From: an uncultured Methanomassiliicoccaceae archaeon
Lineage (GTDB): Archaea > Thermoplasmatota > Thermoplasmata > Methanomassiliicoccales > UBA472
DNA: 34,274 nt
Assembly (NCBI GenBank): GCA_964500045.1
Contig: CAZCNG010000001.1
Location: forward strand, 7,442 to 41,715
Direction: 5' to 3'
The translations under genes were made by a program, and so were the position numbers. Under the pieces are notes generated by a model. It was not told the DNA's origin. It saw only the letters and a program-made list of their open reading frames with translations, and ran no database searches. Shown here one piece after another: positions 25,825-34,274 of the stretch. Every line of letters starts with the position of its first letter. The stretch's first letter is position 1.

Positions 25825-27174
25825 ATGGGCATAAAGGTCGCAGCCCTAGCTCTCGTGCTGATTCTCGCGGTTTCCGCGATCCTCTGCGTATTCTTCGTTC
25901 AGAAGGAACAGCAAATAGGCGGAATGAACCAAGAACTGCTTCTCAATGGAGATTATTCATCCAATATCTGGCTATACTCCATCGGTTCAGACGGAACGAT
26001 CTATGCGAGGTGGACACCTGATGGATCCTACGATGGCAACTACATGTCAGGAAATGTCGCCATCTACCCCAACGGTACTCTTCGATGGGTTGCTCCGACC
26101 AACGCCATGCCTGGACTTACGCCCGGGGCCGACGGGGGCTTCTACTACATCGATTGGCCAGAACGCTCGGTCTGGGTCGACGACAACTCCAAGGCAGGAT
26201 TCCGCAACCTCACCGCTCTTGATGGCGAAGGCCACTTCAAATGGTCCTTCGTGATGAATGGTTCCCTGGAGATGTGTGCCACCTATCCGGATGGGACGGT
26301 CATCGTATACCACACAGATGGCTTCTTCGACCAGATCGCCAAGAAATGGGTGGTTCACGCCGATGAGATCGTGGCCGTTTCCAGCAATGGATCAGAAATG
26401 TGGAGGATGAACAGGCCTCTGCAGAACTACTCCTACGGCCATCCACGGGTAGCCTCCAACGGCACCTTTATGTTCACCGCATCAGGTCTGAATGAGAGCT
26501 TCCAGGTCGGCATCAGTGAAGACGGAACACAGGTCTTCATTGAGGAGAAGACCATCTATTTCCCTGATGGCTTTGGTTCCTTCAGCATCGATGGTGCCGT
26601 GCAGTACAGCGGTCTGATGGAATACATAGACAACGAGACTTCGGTGACCAGCATTCGTGCCACGAACTCATCGGATGGAGCGCTGCTGTGGAGGACCATC
26701 TTAGAATATGGGGACAATCCAGACCATAATCCTCCCGCCGGAGGTCGGGTCGTTTTTGTGAAGGTCGATGGCCAAGGGATGATCTATTGCAATGATGTGC
26801 GATGGAGCTACACCTACTGTCTTGACCCGGATGGCACAATGATCTGGAAGAAGTCTTGTTTTGGGGGCATCTATGCCAGCTACTCATCTGGAGGGCTGCT
26901 CGTCTATAGTGGATCCACTATGCAGAGGATCAGTTCCAGTGGTTCCATGCTCTGGCAGTACCCGGTCGGGTCTCTTTCCGACGGCATGGTCTTGATGGAT
27001 GCCCACGAGACCATCTATTACAGCACCGGCTCGGTGCATGTTCTCGCATATTCCCCTGACAACAATCAGATCGTCATCATAGGGGTCTTCCTCACCATCG
27101 ATGCCATTGTCGTGCTGGTGTTCGCCAGTGGCTATTATCAATCTAGAAAGGAGCAAGACGGCAAGGATGGTTGA
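25825..27174 (+). CDS. Membrane-anchored PQQ-like/BamB-like beta-propeller repeat protein
   Basis: N-terminal TM MGIKVAALALVLILAVSAILCVFF and C-terminal TM IVIIGVFLTIDAIVVLVFASGYY. It has a recurring G-x-(K/L/M/I)-W blade motif (GHFKWSF, SEMWRMN, GALLWRT, GTMIWKK, GSMLWQY). The ATG at 25825 is preferred over the track TTG at 25810. Confidence 0.55.
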   Translation: MGIKVAALALVLILAVSAILCVFFVQKEQQIGGMNQELLLNGDYSSNIWLYSIGSDGTIYARWTPDGSYDGNYMSGNVAIYPNGTLRWVAPTNAMPGLTPGADGGFYYIDWPERSVWVDDNSKAGFRNLTALDGEGHFKWSFVMNGSLEMCATYPDGTVIVYHTDGFFDQIAKKWVVHADEIVAVSSNGSEMWRMNRPLQNYSYGHPRVASNGTFMFTASGLNESFQVGISEDGTQVFIEEKTIYFPDGFGSFSIDGAVQYSGLMEYIDNETSVTSIRATNSSDGALLWRTILEYGDNPDHNPPAGGRVVFVKVDGQGMIYCNDVRWSYTYCLDPDGTMIWKKSCFGGIYASYSSGGLLVYSGSTMQRISSSGSMLWQYPVGSLSDGMVLMDAHETIYYSTGSVHVLAYSPDNNQIVIIGVFLTIDAIVVLVFASGYYQSRKEQDGKDG

Positions 27175-27308
27175 CATCGTTTTCTGTCGATCCATGATGT
27201 TGCGGTATCCCCTAGGGGGTTCTGGGTTTCTTCTGGGCGATGGTCAAAGCACATTCATAGCAGAACATCCATAAGGAAACACAGTCAGCTTCTGCATCAG
27301 ATGAGACC

Positions 27309-29318
27309 ATGGTCGGGATGAGGACAGAGTACCTGGAGGAGATCATCGACTTTCTCCCAGACGCAACCATCGTTATCGATATCGATGGAAAGGTCATCGC
27401 CTGGAATCGGGCCATGGAAGAGTTGACCGGTGTTCCCGCGGCTGCAATGCTGGGAAAAGGCGATCACGAATACGCCCTCCCCTTCTATGGCGAGCGCAAG
27501 CCGACGCTCGTTGACCTCATCTTGATGCCAGACCGAGAGATAGAGAAGCGCTACCATTCCATCCACCGGATCGGAGATACGCTGGTGGTCGACATCGACA
27601 TTCCCACCTTCCGCGGCCGAGGCGCCCATCTATGGGCCAAGGCGAGCCCCCTCTATGACGTCGAGGGTAGGATAACTGGGGCCATCGAAACGATCCGCGA
27701 CATCACCGATCGCAAGCAGGCGGAGATCAAGATGGAACAGGCCAGCCGGAGGCTGTCCGAGATCATCGGTTTCCTGCCGGACGCGACCTTCGTCATCGAT
27801 ATCGAAGGCAAGGTGATCGCGTGGAACCATGCCATGGAAGATATTACTGGTGTTTCGGCAGAAGCGATGCTTGGTAAAGGCGATTACGAATACGCGCTGC
27901 CGTTCTACGGCAAGCGCAAACCCATGCTCGCGAACCTCATCTTCATGCCAGATGGCGAGATCGAGAAGCGCTACCATTCGATCCAGCACATCGGGGACAC
28001 CCTGGTCGTGGATATTTTCATCCCCTCCTTCCAGAATCGGGGGGTATATTTCTGGGCCAAGGCGAGCCCCCTCTATGACGTCGAGGGTAGGATAACCGGC
28101 GCCATCGAGACGATCCGCGACATCACCGACCGCAAGCAGGCCGAATTGGAGCGAGAGCAGACCCGACGCAGGCTTGCGGAGATCATCAGCTTCCTCCCAG
28201 ACGCGACCTTCGTCATCGATATCGAAGGCAAGGTGATCGCCTGGAATCGGGCCATGGAGGAGCTGACCGGAGTCGCGGCGGCCGACATGCTCGGCAAAGG
28301 CGACTACGAATATGCATTGCCGTTCTATGGCGAGCGCAAGCCGACCCTGGCCGATCTCATCTTCATGCCCGATGGGGAGATCGAGAAGAGGTATCATTCC
28401 ATCCAACGCATGGGCAGAACGCTCGTGGTCGACATCGACATCCCTACTTTCCGGGGCCGCGGCGCCTATCTCTGGGCCAAGGCCAGCCCTCTGTACGACA
28501 CTGAAGGAAATATCACCGGCGCCATCGAGACGATCCGCGACATCACGGAACGGAGGCAGATGGAGGAGCGCCTGGCACGGTCGAATGCCGAATTGAACAT
28601 CGCCGCCGAGATCCAGAGGAGCTTCCTTCCTGAGGTGATACCGCAGGTGGCTGGTTTCGACATCGCCGCACGCAGCGTGATGGCCAAGGAAGTGGGGGGC
28701 GATTTCTTCGATGTGATACCGTTCGAGGTCATTCCTCTGGAGGAGGACACGCTCGGCATACTCATCGCCGATGTTTCTGGAAAGGGCGTTCCTGCGGCCC
28801 TGTTCATGGCGTTGTCGAGGATCATCGTCCGCGTCAATGCGCTCTGGCACCGGGACCCGGCCATCACCATCGTCGACGCCAACGATTTCATCGCCCAGGA
28901 TTCCAAGACGGGAATGTTCGTCACGCTTTTCTATGGGGTCCTTTCCGAGAAGGAAAGGACGCTCACCTACGTCAACGCGGGACACAATCCCCCGATCGTG
29001 TGCCGCTGCGACTCATCTATGGAGGAGTTGATGCCGACCGGGATGGCCCTGGGAGTGTTGGAACATCAGGAATTCTCCTCCCGGACCATCAAGATCGGCA
29101 CCGGCGATGTGGTCGTGCTCTATACTGACGGCGTCACGGAATCGATCAACAGCCGAGTTGAGATGTTCGGGGAAGAGCGATTGAAGGCGATCATACGCGA
29201 CCATGCCCATCGGTCCCCGCAGGAGATCCTCGCGGCGATCCTGGCCGAGGTTGAGGCATTTGGCGGTGGCGAGCCGCAGTTCGATGATATCACCTTGATG
29301 GTCATCAAGGGGGCCTGA
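27309..29318 (+). CDS. Sensor protein: three tandem PAS domains fused to a SpoIIE/RsbU-type PP2C phosphatase domain
   Basis: There are three 140-aa repeats (FLPDAT(F/I)VIDI(D/E)GKVIAWN.AME(E/D)(L/I)TGV...ETIRDIT(D/E)R(K/R)Q). The C-terminal part carries AAEIQRSFLP, GGDFFDV, IADVSGKGVPAAL, YVNAGHNPP, LYTDGVTES and DDITLMVIK, which are PP2C/SpoIIE motifs. Confidence 0.85.
   Translation: MVGMRTEYLEEIIDFLPDATIVIDIDGKVIAWNRAMEELTGVPAAAMLGKGDHEYALPFYGERKPTLVDLILMPDREIEKRYHSIHRIGDTLVVDIDIPTFRGRGAHLWAKASPLYDVEGRITGAIETIRDITDRKQAEIKMEQASRRLSEIIGFLPDATFVIDIEGKVIAWNHAMEDITGVSAEAMLGKGDYEYALPFYGKRKPMLANLIFMPDGEIEKRYHSIQHIGDTLVVDIFIPSFQNRGVYFWAKASPLYDVEGRITGAIETIRDITDRKQAELEREQTRRRLAEIISFLPDATFVIDIEGKVIAWNRAMEELTGVAAADMLGKGDYEYALPFYGERKPTLADLIFMPDGEIEKRYHSIQRMGRTLVVDIDIPTFRGRGAYLWAKASPLYDTEGNITGAIETIRDITERRQMEERLARSNAELNIAAEIQRSFLPEVIPQVAGFDIAARSVMAKEVGGDFFDVIPFEVIPLEEDTLGILIADVSGKGVPAALFMALSRIIVRVNALWHRDPAITIVDANDFIAQDSKTGMFVTLFYGVLSEKERTLTYVNAGHNPPIVCRCDSSMEELMPTGMALGVLEHQEFSSRTIKIGTGDVVVLYTDGVTESINSRVEMFGEERLKAIIRDHAHRSPQEILAAILAEVEAFGGGEPQFDDITLMVIKGA
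27330..28589 (+). repeat. Intragenic tandem repeat, 3 x exactly 420 nt (the three PAS modules)
   Basis: The period was measured from landmarks at 27634, 28054 and 28474. 27633-27676 is identical to 28053-28096 (44 nt). 27633-27720 versus 28053-28140 has 4 mismatches in 88 nt. 27780-27820 is identical to 28200-28240 (41 nt). Confidence 0.9.
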
Positions 29319-29387
29319 GGTCCATGAGATCCGCCCCCCGGACGACGCAAGGCGGAATGAGCCCTCGACCCTCTCGACGCTTCTCTT

Positions 29388-31010
29388 CTAACGTTTGCGG
29401 CGATAGACGAGCAAGATCGCCATCACGACGATGATCGCAGCCACGATGGCGATGAAAGGGGTCATGTCCGCCTGTGCCGTGGCCGTGGGGGTGGTGACAC
29501 GAAGCACCGCCAGGGTCGTCACCGCCATCTGTTCCTGCAGCCTGCTTTCGTTGACCCACCCGGTCGTGCTCTGCGCGTCCTTGAGGGTATGTATCCATCC
29601 TGATTCGTTGCCCTGCCCCATGTTCCAGATCGGGTAGGACAAGAGCAGGACGGCATTGCTGTTGTTGAGGCCCGGGGTTATGTTGACCGGCACGTCCCAA
29701 AACGAGGCGAACATGTCCTTGACCTTGACCGGGTCTATGAACGATTCCTGGTCCGAGCCTCCTGGCTCGTTGTCGCTCAGGCGTACTCCCAGATCTGCGG
29801 ACGCGTTCATCAGTATTGGACGGATGTCCACGCCGCTCACGTTGCGCGTAGGAGTAACGGTCAGGTTACGATTTCCGAGGCAATCCAGGTTGATGATGGC
29901 GTCCATCTTGCTCAGTTCCGTCTGATGTGCGCTCACGTATTGCAGCGAACCTATCAGGCCCAGCTCCTCGCCGGCGAAGGCAATGAAGACGATGCTCTGC
30001 CGGGGCGCGAACTTCCCTTGCTGATGAGCGGCGCTGAGCACGCGCGCGATCTCCAACATTCCAGCCACGCCTGCGCCGTTGTCGCAGAAGCCATTGTCCA
30101 TTACCGAATCGTAATGGGCGGTGATGAGCACCTGCCGTCCCTGGTTCTCCGAACCCGGGATGATGCCTACGATGTTCTGGTGCACCCCTTGCCAGGTGAA
30201 GGAATCGATGCGCAGCGCAGCGACCGCCGTGCCGTCGATGCAGGCGAATAACTTCTGCCCATCGGTGTAGTTCAGCATGCCGCACGGCATGCTCAGGTTG
30301 TGGAGGTACGGCACCGTTCGACCCCGGGCCGACGCCACGAACGCTTCATCGTAGTATGCGTTCCAATCGTAGTAGAAGGCTTGAATGATGGCGAGCGGGC
30401 GTTGTGCGTTCACCTTGGCGTCCAATTCCTTATCTCCGTCCGTGATCCAATTGACCTCGGACCCGATGACCAGCACCTTGCCGGTGATGTTGATGGCATT
30501 CCAGGCGGTCCGATTGATGGTCAGCTGCGCCAATTCCGAATCCGATGCCGCAGCTGGTAGCGGCAGCGTGACGAGCTTCCCGACGGTGCCGTTGACCTGG
30601 GTGGGGCCGCTCCATTGCTCGCAGTTGAACGAAGGCAGCGCAAAGGTCGAGGCATTGTCCAGCACACCATCCGGTGCGACGGAGAGGGTCGGCCTGGAGC
30701 GCAGGTCCCAGGATGGGAAGGAGTACGCCTCGCTATGTGCCGACAAGCCCATGGCCTGCATCTGTTGGAGGATCCAAACAGCGCTGGCATTGCAGCCTGC
30801 GGAACCGGAGGAACGGTAGGCGGGATATGCTTTGGTGACGTTCTCCAGGGCGCGCTCCAGGGAATAGGCATTGTTCCCATCTAACTGCGATAGCAACGCC
30901 GCCTCGGCTGCCGAAGGCTGCGCCGCGACTGCGTTCAGAGAGGCGAACATAGGCGATGCCAGTAGGCCGATGATCAGGAGACACGTGATGCATTTTCTCG
31001 AAGTTGCCAT
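29388..31010 (-). CDS. Exported M28 family metallo-aminopeptidase with a C-terminal membrane anchor
   Basis: 540 aa. Signal peptide MATSRKCITCLLIIGLLASPMFASLNAVAA. M28 zinc-site blocks ITAHYDSV, DNGAGVAGMLEIARVL and AFAGEELGLIGS. C-terminal TM plus RRKR. Confidence 0.8.
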   Translation of the reverse strand: MATSRKCITCLLIIGLLASPMFASLNAVAAQPSAAEAALLSQLDGNNAYSLERALENVTKAYPAYRSSGSAGCNASAVWILQQMQAMGLSAHSEAYSFPSWDLRSRPTLSVAPDGVLDNASTFALPSFNCEQWSGPTQVNGTVGKLVTLPLPAAASDSELAQLTINRTAWNAINITGKVLVIGSEVNWITDGDKELDAKVNAQRPLAIIQAFYYDWNAYYDEAFVASARGRTVPYLHNLSMPCGMLNYTDGQKLFACIDGTAVAALRIDSFTWQGVHQNIVGIIPGSENQGRQVLITAHYDSVMDNGFCDNGAGVAGMLEIARVLSAAHQQGKFAPRQSIVFIAFAGEELGLIGSLQYVSAHQTELSKMDAIINLDCLGNRNLTVTPTRNVSGVDIRPILMNASADLGVRLSDNEPGGSDQESFIDPVKVKDMFASFWDVPVNITPGLNNSNAVLLLSYPIWNMGQGNESGWIHTLKDAQSTTGWVNESRLQEQMAVTTLAVLRVTTPTATAQADMTPFIAIVAAIIVVMAILLVYRRKR

Positions 31011-31342
31011 GATCGTCGTTCAGGGTAACTCATCTCGTGACTATTCTTTTTTCGTTGGAGCCCTCATCGATGCGGGTGCCGCCCTGCAGGGGTCACACCT
31101 TCGACCTCCGAGGAAGCTGTTCCATCAATCGGCAAAAGGCACCCCCTTTAGGATTCCATTCGCCATCTCTCCTAGATGGCCGCAGGAAATCGCAGCATCG
31201 CGGGAGCTCCTAGGTTGCAGTTGAAGGATCCTTCGGGCGCTGCCATCAAGAAATCCATCAAAGAGGAAAGGAGAACGGACCTGGGCGTTCCAGCCTCCAC
31301 CCTGATACTGGATCTCATCATCAGGACCGGGCACATCCCCCC

Positions 31343-32149
31343 TCAATACTGTTCCATCGTTCCCTTCTTCCTCGAAAGCCACTCGAAGAAGCGGAAGATC
31401 AGATAGCCTACCATCAGCAGAGCGAGGCCCGTGACGGCCATGTTGATCAATGATCCTCCGATATCCATCAACGAAGCGCCGTTCACCGCCGCCCGCGCCG
31501 CATCTGTTCCATAGGTCAGCGGTATGCAGTAGGCCAGCGGCTGCAGCCATTCGGGCAGCTTGGTCACCGGGAAGTTGACGCCGCTTACGAGGAGACCAAC
31601 GAACAGGAAGATGTTGGCGATGATCATCGAGGTGCGCAGATAGAGGCCGACCGAGCTCAGCATCAGGCCGAAGGCGACCATGGAAAGGGCGGTCACGGCG
31701 ACGACCACCGTCAATGAGACCCAATCGGTGCCGGAGAAGTTGACCCCGAAGATGAAGGCGGCGTAGGCCAACGCGATGAACACGGTGGCGATGCCGTTCA
31801 GCACCTGGAACATGCCCCTGCCCACGAATACCGCCATGCGATTCGCTGGCGTCACCAGCACCGGCTGCAACGTCCCCTGTTGCTTCTCCTCGTTGGTGAT
31901 GTTGCACACGGAGAAGACGGTCACATAAGCGATGGATGCCATGGCGTTCCCGATGGCCACGTAGGCCACCATCTCCGGGGTGCCTTGCACATACTGCACC
32001 ACATAGACGAAGAATGCTATCTGGAACACGGACATGAAGAAGAGCTGCATGATCCACAGTGCCGGGTTCAGCCAGGCGAAGAGCGCCCTCTTGGCCAACA
32101 CGGCGCTGCTGTAGAAGACCCGCATCGTCTGGGAGGTGGCGCCCGCCAT
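31343..32149 (-). CDS. ABC-2 type transporter permease (second permease of the operon)
   Basis: 268 aa with about 6 TM segments. Its ATG is 1 nt after the stop of the preceding permease. Confidence 0.75.
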   Translation of the reverse strand: MAGATSQTMRVFYSSAVLAKRALFAWLNPALWIMQLFFMSVFQIAFFVYVVQYVQGTPEMVAYVAIGNAMASIAYVTVFSVCNITNEEKQQGTLQPVLVTPANRMAVFVGRGMFQVLNGIATVFIALAYAAFIFGVNFSGTDWVSLTVVVAVTALSMVAFGLMLSSVGLYLRTSMIIANIFLFVGLLVSGVNFPVTKLPEWLQPLAYCIPLTYGTDAARAAVNGASLMDIGGSLINMAVTGLALLMVGYLIFRFFEWLSRKKGTMEQY

Positions 32150-32150
32150 G

Positions 32151-32936
32151 CTAGTACCTCCCTAGATTGGCGTCCTTGCGCACCCTCTTCTCCACGACGA
32201 TGAAGAGATAGACGGCGATCGCTACGTAGGCGATGGATATGGCCACCATGATCAGCAGATCCCCCCAGTAGCCTGTTTGCAGACCAGCGTAATCGTCCAG
32301 TGCGGCATAGCGGATGGCGTCGATCCCCCAGGTAGGGCCTAGGGAGAGCGAGAGTGGTGCGGTCCAGAACGGCAGTAGCGCGATGGGGAACATGCAGCCT
32401 GTGCCCACGTAGATCGGATATTCCAGGCCATTGGTCAGGACGCCAGCCTGACGCGTTAGTACGAACGCCGAGCTGAACAGCAGGCCCAGCGCCGAGAGCG
32501 ACATCAGGGTAGCGAAGAAGGCTAGGAAGAACAACGCCGGGTCGCGGATGGTGATGTCCATTCCAAAGGCGAAGATCGCGATGAGGAGGATGGCGAGGCC
32601 GTTCAAGATGCCGATCAGCGCGTTCCACATCGATCTGCCCGCAATGATCCAGATGAGACGCGACGGTGTGGCCAGCACCTCTTCCAAGGTGCCGTTCCAG
32701 CGGTCGAATTGGATCGACCAGCCGGAAGCGTAGAGCGTGTTGCCCCACATGCCCATCATTCCTCCCCCCAGCACGGCGTAGAGGGCGAAGTTCCCCCCCT
32801 GCCCTTCGAAGAGGATCAGGACCACAAGCGTGATCATGAACGGCAAGATGACATTGGGGATGAGCCACTGCGGGTCAGCAAGGAAGTGCAGGGCCTGGTT
32901 CCTGAAGGAAGCGGTTATGGTGCGCAGCCTAGGCAT
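32151..32936 (-). CDS. ABC-2 type transporter permease (first permease)
   Basis: 261 aa with about 6 TM segments. It overlaps the ATPase gene by 8 nt. Confidence 0.75.
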   Translation of the reverse strand: MPRLRTITASFRNQALHFLADPQWLIPNVILPFMITLVVLILFEGQGGNFALYAVLGGGMMGMWGNTLYASGWSIQFDRWNGTLEEVLATPSRLIWIIAGRSMWNALIGILNGLAILLIAIFAFGMDITIRDPALFFLAFFATLMSLSALGLLFSSAFVLTRQAGVLTNGLEYPIYVGTGCMFPIALLPFWTAPLSLSLGPTWGIDAIRYAALDDYAGLQTGYWGDLLIMVAISIAYVAIAVYLFIVVEKRVRKDANLGRY

Positions 32937-33930
32937 CGCCTTCCACCAGCCATAGATAGGCGTCTTCGAGCGTAGGCTCCTTGATCCTGGTGCCGATCAC
33001 GCGGCAGTCGCGCAGCTGCTGCGTCACCGGCGTCAGCATCTCCGAGGCGTCCACCACCTGAATGCGCAGCACCTGCTTCGATTCGGATATGGTCGCACTT
33101 ACCGTGCGCACTCCTTCCATTCCGCGCAGTGCTGCGATCTCGTGGTCCGTGATGCCGAAGCCCTCGACCTCGATGATGTTCATGTCCTGCATCAGGCCTT
33201 TCAATCCGCGCGGCGTGTCCAGCGCGACGATCTTGCCCTTGTTGACGACGGCGATGCGGTTGCACAATTCGTCCGCCTCGTACATGTAGTGGGTCGTCAG
33301 CAACATGGTCTTGCCGTCCGCGACCAGTTGTTTGATCATCGAACGCGCGTCCCGGGCCGCCTGCGGATCGAGGCCGATGGTCGGTTCGTCCATGAAAACG
33401 ACCTCCGGGTCGTTCACTAGGCCCTTGGCAAGGTGCAGCCGCTGCTTCATGCCGCGCGAGTAATCTTCCACCTTGTCGTCCGCCCGGTCCTTCAGGCCCA
33501 CCCGGTCCAGTAGATCATTGATACGTTTCTCCCGCTCCGACATGGGCACGCCATAGAGGTCTGCGAAATAGCGCAGGTTCTGCCGGGCGGTGATCCGATA
33601 ATACAGTCCTTTTTCTCCGCCCAGCACAAGACCGATGCGCTTCCGCACATCTGTCGGCCGCGCGGCGACATCGAGGCCAAGAATGCTGATGCTGCCGGAG
33701 GTCGGTAGAAGGAGCGTGGTCATCATCTTGATGGTGGTGGTCTTGCCCGCGCCGTTCGGTCCCAGCATGCCAAAGAGCTCACCCCTCCGCACGGAGAAGG
33801 AGATGCCATCCACGGCCACGGTCTCCTTCTTCTTCTTGCGGAACACACCCTGGCTCGTCTTGTAGATCCGGACCAGGTCCTTGACCTCGATGGCGAACTC
33901 CTCCGATGACATGCGGTTCCCCGCCATCAT
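32929..33930 (-). CDS. ABC transporter ATP-binding protein (DrrA/ABC-2 exporter type), paralog of 10582-11580
   Basis: Walker A GPNGAGKTTT, signature variant YSRGMKQRL, Walker B VVFMDEPTIGLD, H-loop TTHY. It shares the block GPNGAGKTTTIKM(L/M)TTLLLPTSG with the first ATPase. Confidence 0.9.
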   Translation of the reverse strand: MMAGNRMSSEEFAIEVKDLVRIYKTSQGVFRKKKKETVAVDGISFSVRRGELFGMLGPNGAGKTTTIKMMTTLLLPTSGSISILGLDVAARPTDVRKRIGLVLGGEKGLYYRITARQNLRYFADLYGVPMSEREKRINDLLDRVGLKDRADDKVEDYSRGMKQRLHLAKGLVNDPEVVFMDEPTIGLDPQAARDARSMIKQLVADGKTMLLTTHYMYEADELCNRIAVVNKGKIVALDTPRGLKGLMQDMNIIEVEGFGITDHEIAALRGMEGVRTVSATISESKQVLRIQVVDASEMLTPVTQQLRDCRVIGTRIKEPTLEDAYLWLVEGDA

Positions 33931-34066
33931 AATGGGTCGGTTACTAAAGCATTCTACCGTCCCAGGCGGGACCTGCTCATGCCATTTACGAAGTAGATCG
34001 GTGGATGAGAATTACAGCAGACATGCCGCAGAAGAACTTGACGAGAACGAGAGGAAGGGAATTAAC

Positions 34067-34080
34067 GGGGCCGAGGCCCC
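34067..34080 (-). terminator. GC hairpin GGGGCC-ga-GGCCCC downstream of the CxxC gene, candidate terminator element
   Basis: Palindromic stem read from the sequence 24 nt after the TGA at 34104-34106. On the coding strand it is followed by a pyrimidine-rich stretch (ttaattcccttcctctcgttctc). Confidence 0.3.
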
Positions 34081-34103
34081 TAAGAGGTTTGACGCTAGTA
34101 AGC

Positions 34104-34274
34104 TCAGAACCGGTCTTTCGGCTTGTGCTTCGCGAAGCAGTCCCTGCAATAGACGGGCCTGCCCTCGGTCGGCTTGAAGGGGACCTGGGTCTTCTGACCG
34201 CAGTCCGAACAAACTACATCGTGCATCTCGCGGGGTCCATCGTTGGACCTGGAGCCGTAACCGCCCCTCGAACT
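34104..34274 (-). CDS. CxxC-x17-CxxC zinc-ribbon protein (5' end outside the window, or a 40-aa product from ATG 34226)
   Basis: My hand translation of the minus strand gives SSRGGYGSRSNDGPREMHDVVCSDCGQKTQVPFKPTEGRPVYCRDCFAKHKPKDRF, then TGA. The C.DCG...VPF.P...RPVYC.DC pattern is the CxxC-x17-CxxC domain seen in methanogens and bacteria. It is absent from the ORF track because it is truncated or short. Confidence 0.6.
   Translation of the reverse strand, partial: SSRGGYGSRSNDGPREMHDVVCSDCGQKTQVPFKPTEGRPVYCRDCFAKHKPKDRF

Noticed and set aside
27330-28589. Regular 420-nt repeats as a CRISPR-like or satellite array
   Set aside because: The repeats are in frame, encode three PAS domains of one long ORF and have no spacer-like unique segments. 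They are a protein-domain duplication, not a CRISPR array.
27630-28985. 451-aa ORF antisense to the PAS-SpoIIE gene
   Set aside because: Its composition is biased (R, G, D, H, E) and its internal periodicity merely mirrors the sense-strand PAS repeats. The sense strand has clear PAS and PP2C motifs.

Overview
This is a 34.3 kb high-GC chromosomal segment that I read as archaeal. The main evidence is a tRNA-Leu(UAA) with a 21-nt intron at position 37/38, which I folded by hand into a canonical bulge-helix-bulge splice motif. Gene content suggests a methanogen or Thermoplasmata-like organism: CooT, a GPR1/FUN34/YaaH acetate channel, a COG2403 cyclic-2,3-DPG-synthetase-like protein and a CxxC-x17-CxxC zinc ribbon. 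That lineage call is inference only. All family calls come from motifs I recognise in the supplied translations; no database search was possible.

Gene order:
- 5'-truncated M16 peptidase (+).
- A six-gene minus-strand biotin operon: ACT-domain protein, BirA, 12S carboxyltransferase, 5S carboxyltransferase, 1.3S biotin carrier, FAD oxidoreductase.
- MFS DHA2 exporter.
- An orphan 212-aa protein divergent from a PadR regulator, followed by an ABC-2 exporter (ATPase plus permease) and two tandem paralogous ~700-aa secreted HExxH...NEG metalloproteases.
- A minus-strand block: a 169-aa unknown protein, a PIN/VapC-like gene broken by an in-frame TAG, and CooT.
- Acetate channel, zinc-ribbon protein, COG2403 protein, the intron-containing tRNA-Leu, MscS.
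- Hydantoinase-family protein, QueG/RdhA-like Fe-S protein, membrane beta-propeller protein, a PAS x3 + SpoIIE/PP2C phosphatase.
- M28 peptidase, and a second ABC-2 exporter (ATPase plus two permeases).
- A 5'-truncated CxxC-x17-CxxC gene.

I saw no CRISPR array, transposase, integrase or rRNA.

Most noteworthy:
- The TA-like pair whose PIN toxin continues in frame through a TAG.
- Two separate loci with the order ABC-2 exporter then exported metallopeptidase.
- The exact 3 x 420-nt intragenic PAS repeat, which has mosaic patches of near-identity.
- A stand-alone transcarboxylase-type operon led by an ACT protein and BirA.

By my count about 12 of roughly 31 genes here end in TAG, so TAG is an ordinary stop codon in this genome.
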